Assembly: GCA_051294375.1 (NCBI GenBank)
Contig: JBJCIZ010000046.1
Coordinates: forward strand, 10,162-74,161
Source: Paraspadella gotoi
Taxonomy: Eukaryota; Animalia; Chaetognatha
DNA: 64,000 nt
Reading direction: 5' to 3'
The notes beneath the pieces are model-generated. The model was not told the origin of the DNA, did not search any database, and was given only the letters and a program-made list of their open reading frames with translations. A program made the position numbers and the translations under genes. Below are positions 63,041 to 64,000 of the stretch, piece by piece. The stretch's first letter is position 1, and each line of letters begins with the position of its first letter.

Positions 63041-64000
63041 GTCTTCCCTTTTGCCACGCATACTTCGTACCTCTTACCTTCACCTTCTTCAACTACAAAA
63101 AAAAAAAATTGAGTATTCGCAGCATTCGTATCCGACGGGAATCGAACTTTAGACGCCACTACGCGTCCTCACAGACGCATACGTCACAATCTTCGTGTCG
63201 TAGGACCTCAAGTCAGACATCGTCCAATTTCGAAATAGACATAACTTTCGATGGCGTTTTATTTATAAAATTATATAAAATTATATATATAAAAGTTAAT
63301 AATCAAAAAACCATTTCGTGTTTACACTTTAACGTCTTTCTAGAAAAAAACTCGCAAAAATACTCGAGTGTTGCTTCAACGACTCAATTACGTGACTTTA
63401 CTATTTTCAAGTGAGATTTATTTTGAACATATTACATTATAACAAGCCTTTTTTTCAGATCTTAATAGCTTCCTTTGATTTCTTTTAGTAACTCTGTGAC
63501 TGAGAGGTTTTCTCGTACTATCACAGAAATTTCATTTAAAAATTAACTTAAAATATCAAAAAAATAGTGGACATTACATAGCAATATATTTTTCTTGAAA
63601 AAATATTTTAACACCACAATAACTTAAATAGCAATAATGGATTCAGTTTTAATGTTTTCCCATTAAAATTGCTTGAATTTCATCGGCTCCGCTATACTTG
63701 GGGCGAATTGTGAGGAAAGACGATTAAGAAGGAAATGAAGCCTAGGATGAGAACTTATTGCGTGGGACGGACGACAATAGCCCGAACAACAATAAGCAAA
63801 TGAAAAAATTTTTAAATTGGCGTTGAATTTATTTTTTAAAAATTATTAAAAGGCTACGAACAAGATTTTCTTGCGAAAGTCACAACCGACGCTAGAAACA
63901 TATGCAATAAATTGCGAGGGAGAAACTTGCAGACGAAGCGAAATTAAATTAATTAATTGCGGCGAGCAGGAGACGTGAGAGAGGAGAGAGAGAGAGAGAG

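Noticed and set aside
53185-63414. ORFs rich in SL/RE/K/F repeats
   Set aside because: Translations of (CT)n/(GA)n microsatellites and poly-A/T tracts in introns.

Overview
Eukaryotic (invertebrate animal) genomic DNA from an error-prone draft assembly with many N gaps and indel frameshifts. The host gene is an agrin-like gene on the + strand (follistatin/Kazal and laminin-EGF exons at about 50.0-61.8 kb, one possible Kazal exon at about 1.5 kb). Roughly 1.7-50 kb is a nested cluster of transposable elements dominated by three Ty3/Gypsy LTR families. Family A (four partial copies) has a ZZ-type zinc finger at the Gag N-terminus, a class I fusion env, and an intron-containing ANTISENSE gene between pol and env that splices in frame into a mucin-stalk, single-pass membrane protein with a possible Ig-like ectodomain. 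Family B (two copies, tRNA-Leu PBS) carries a conserved OTU-like domain lacking catalytic residues between RNase H and integrase. Family C is CsRn1-like (tRNA-Trp PBS, CHCC Gag) with RNase H deleted. Also present are a TTAA-flanked Kolobok-like insertion, a Penelope-type minimal hammerhead ribozyme, a piggyBac-like remnant and many microsatellites. All domain calls are by eye from motifs; no database searches were run.
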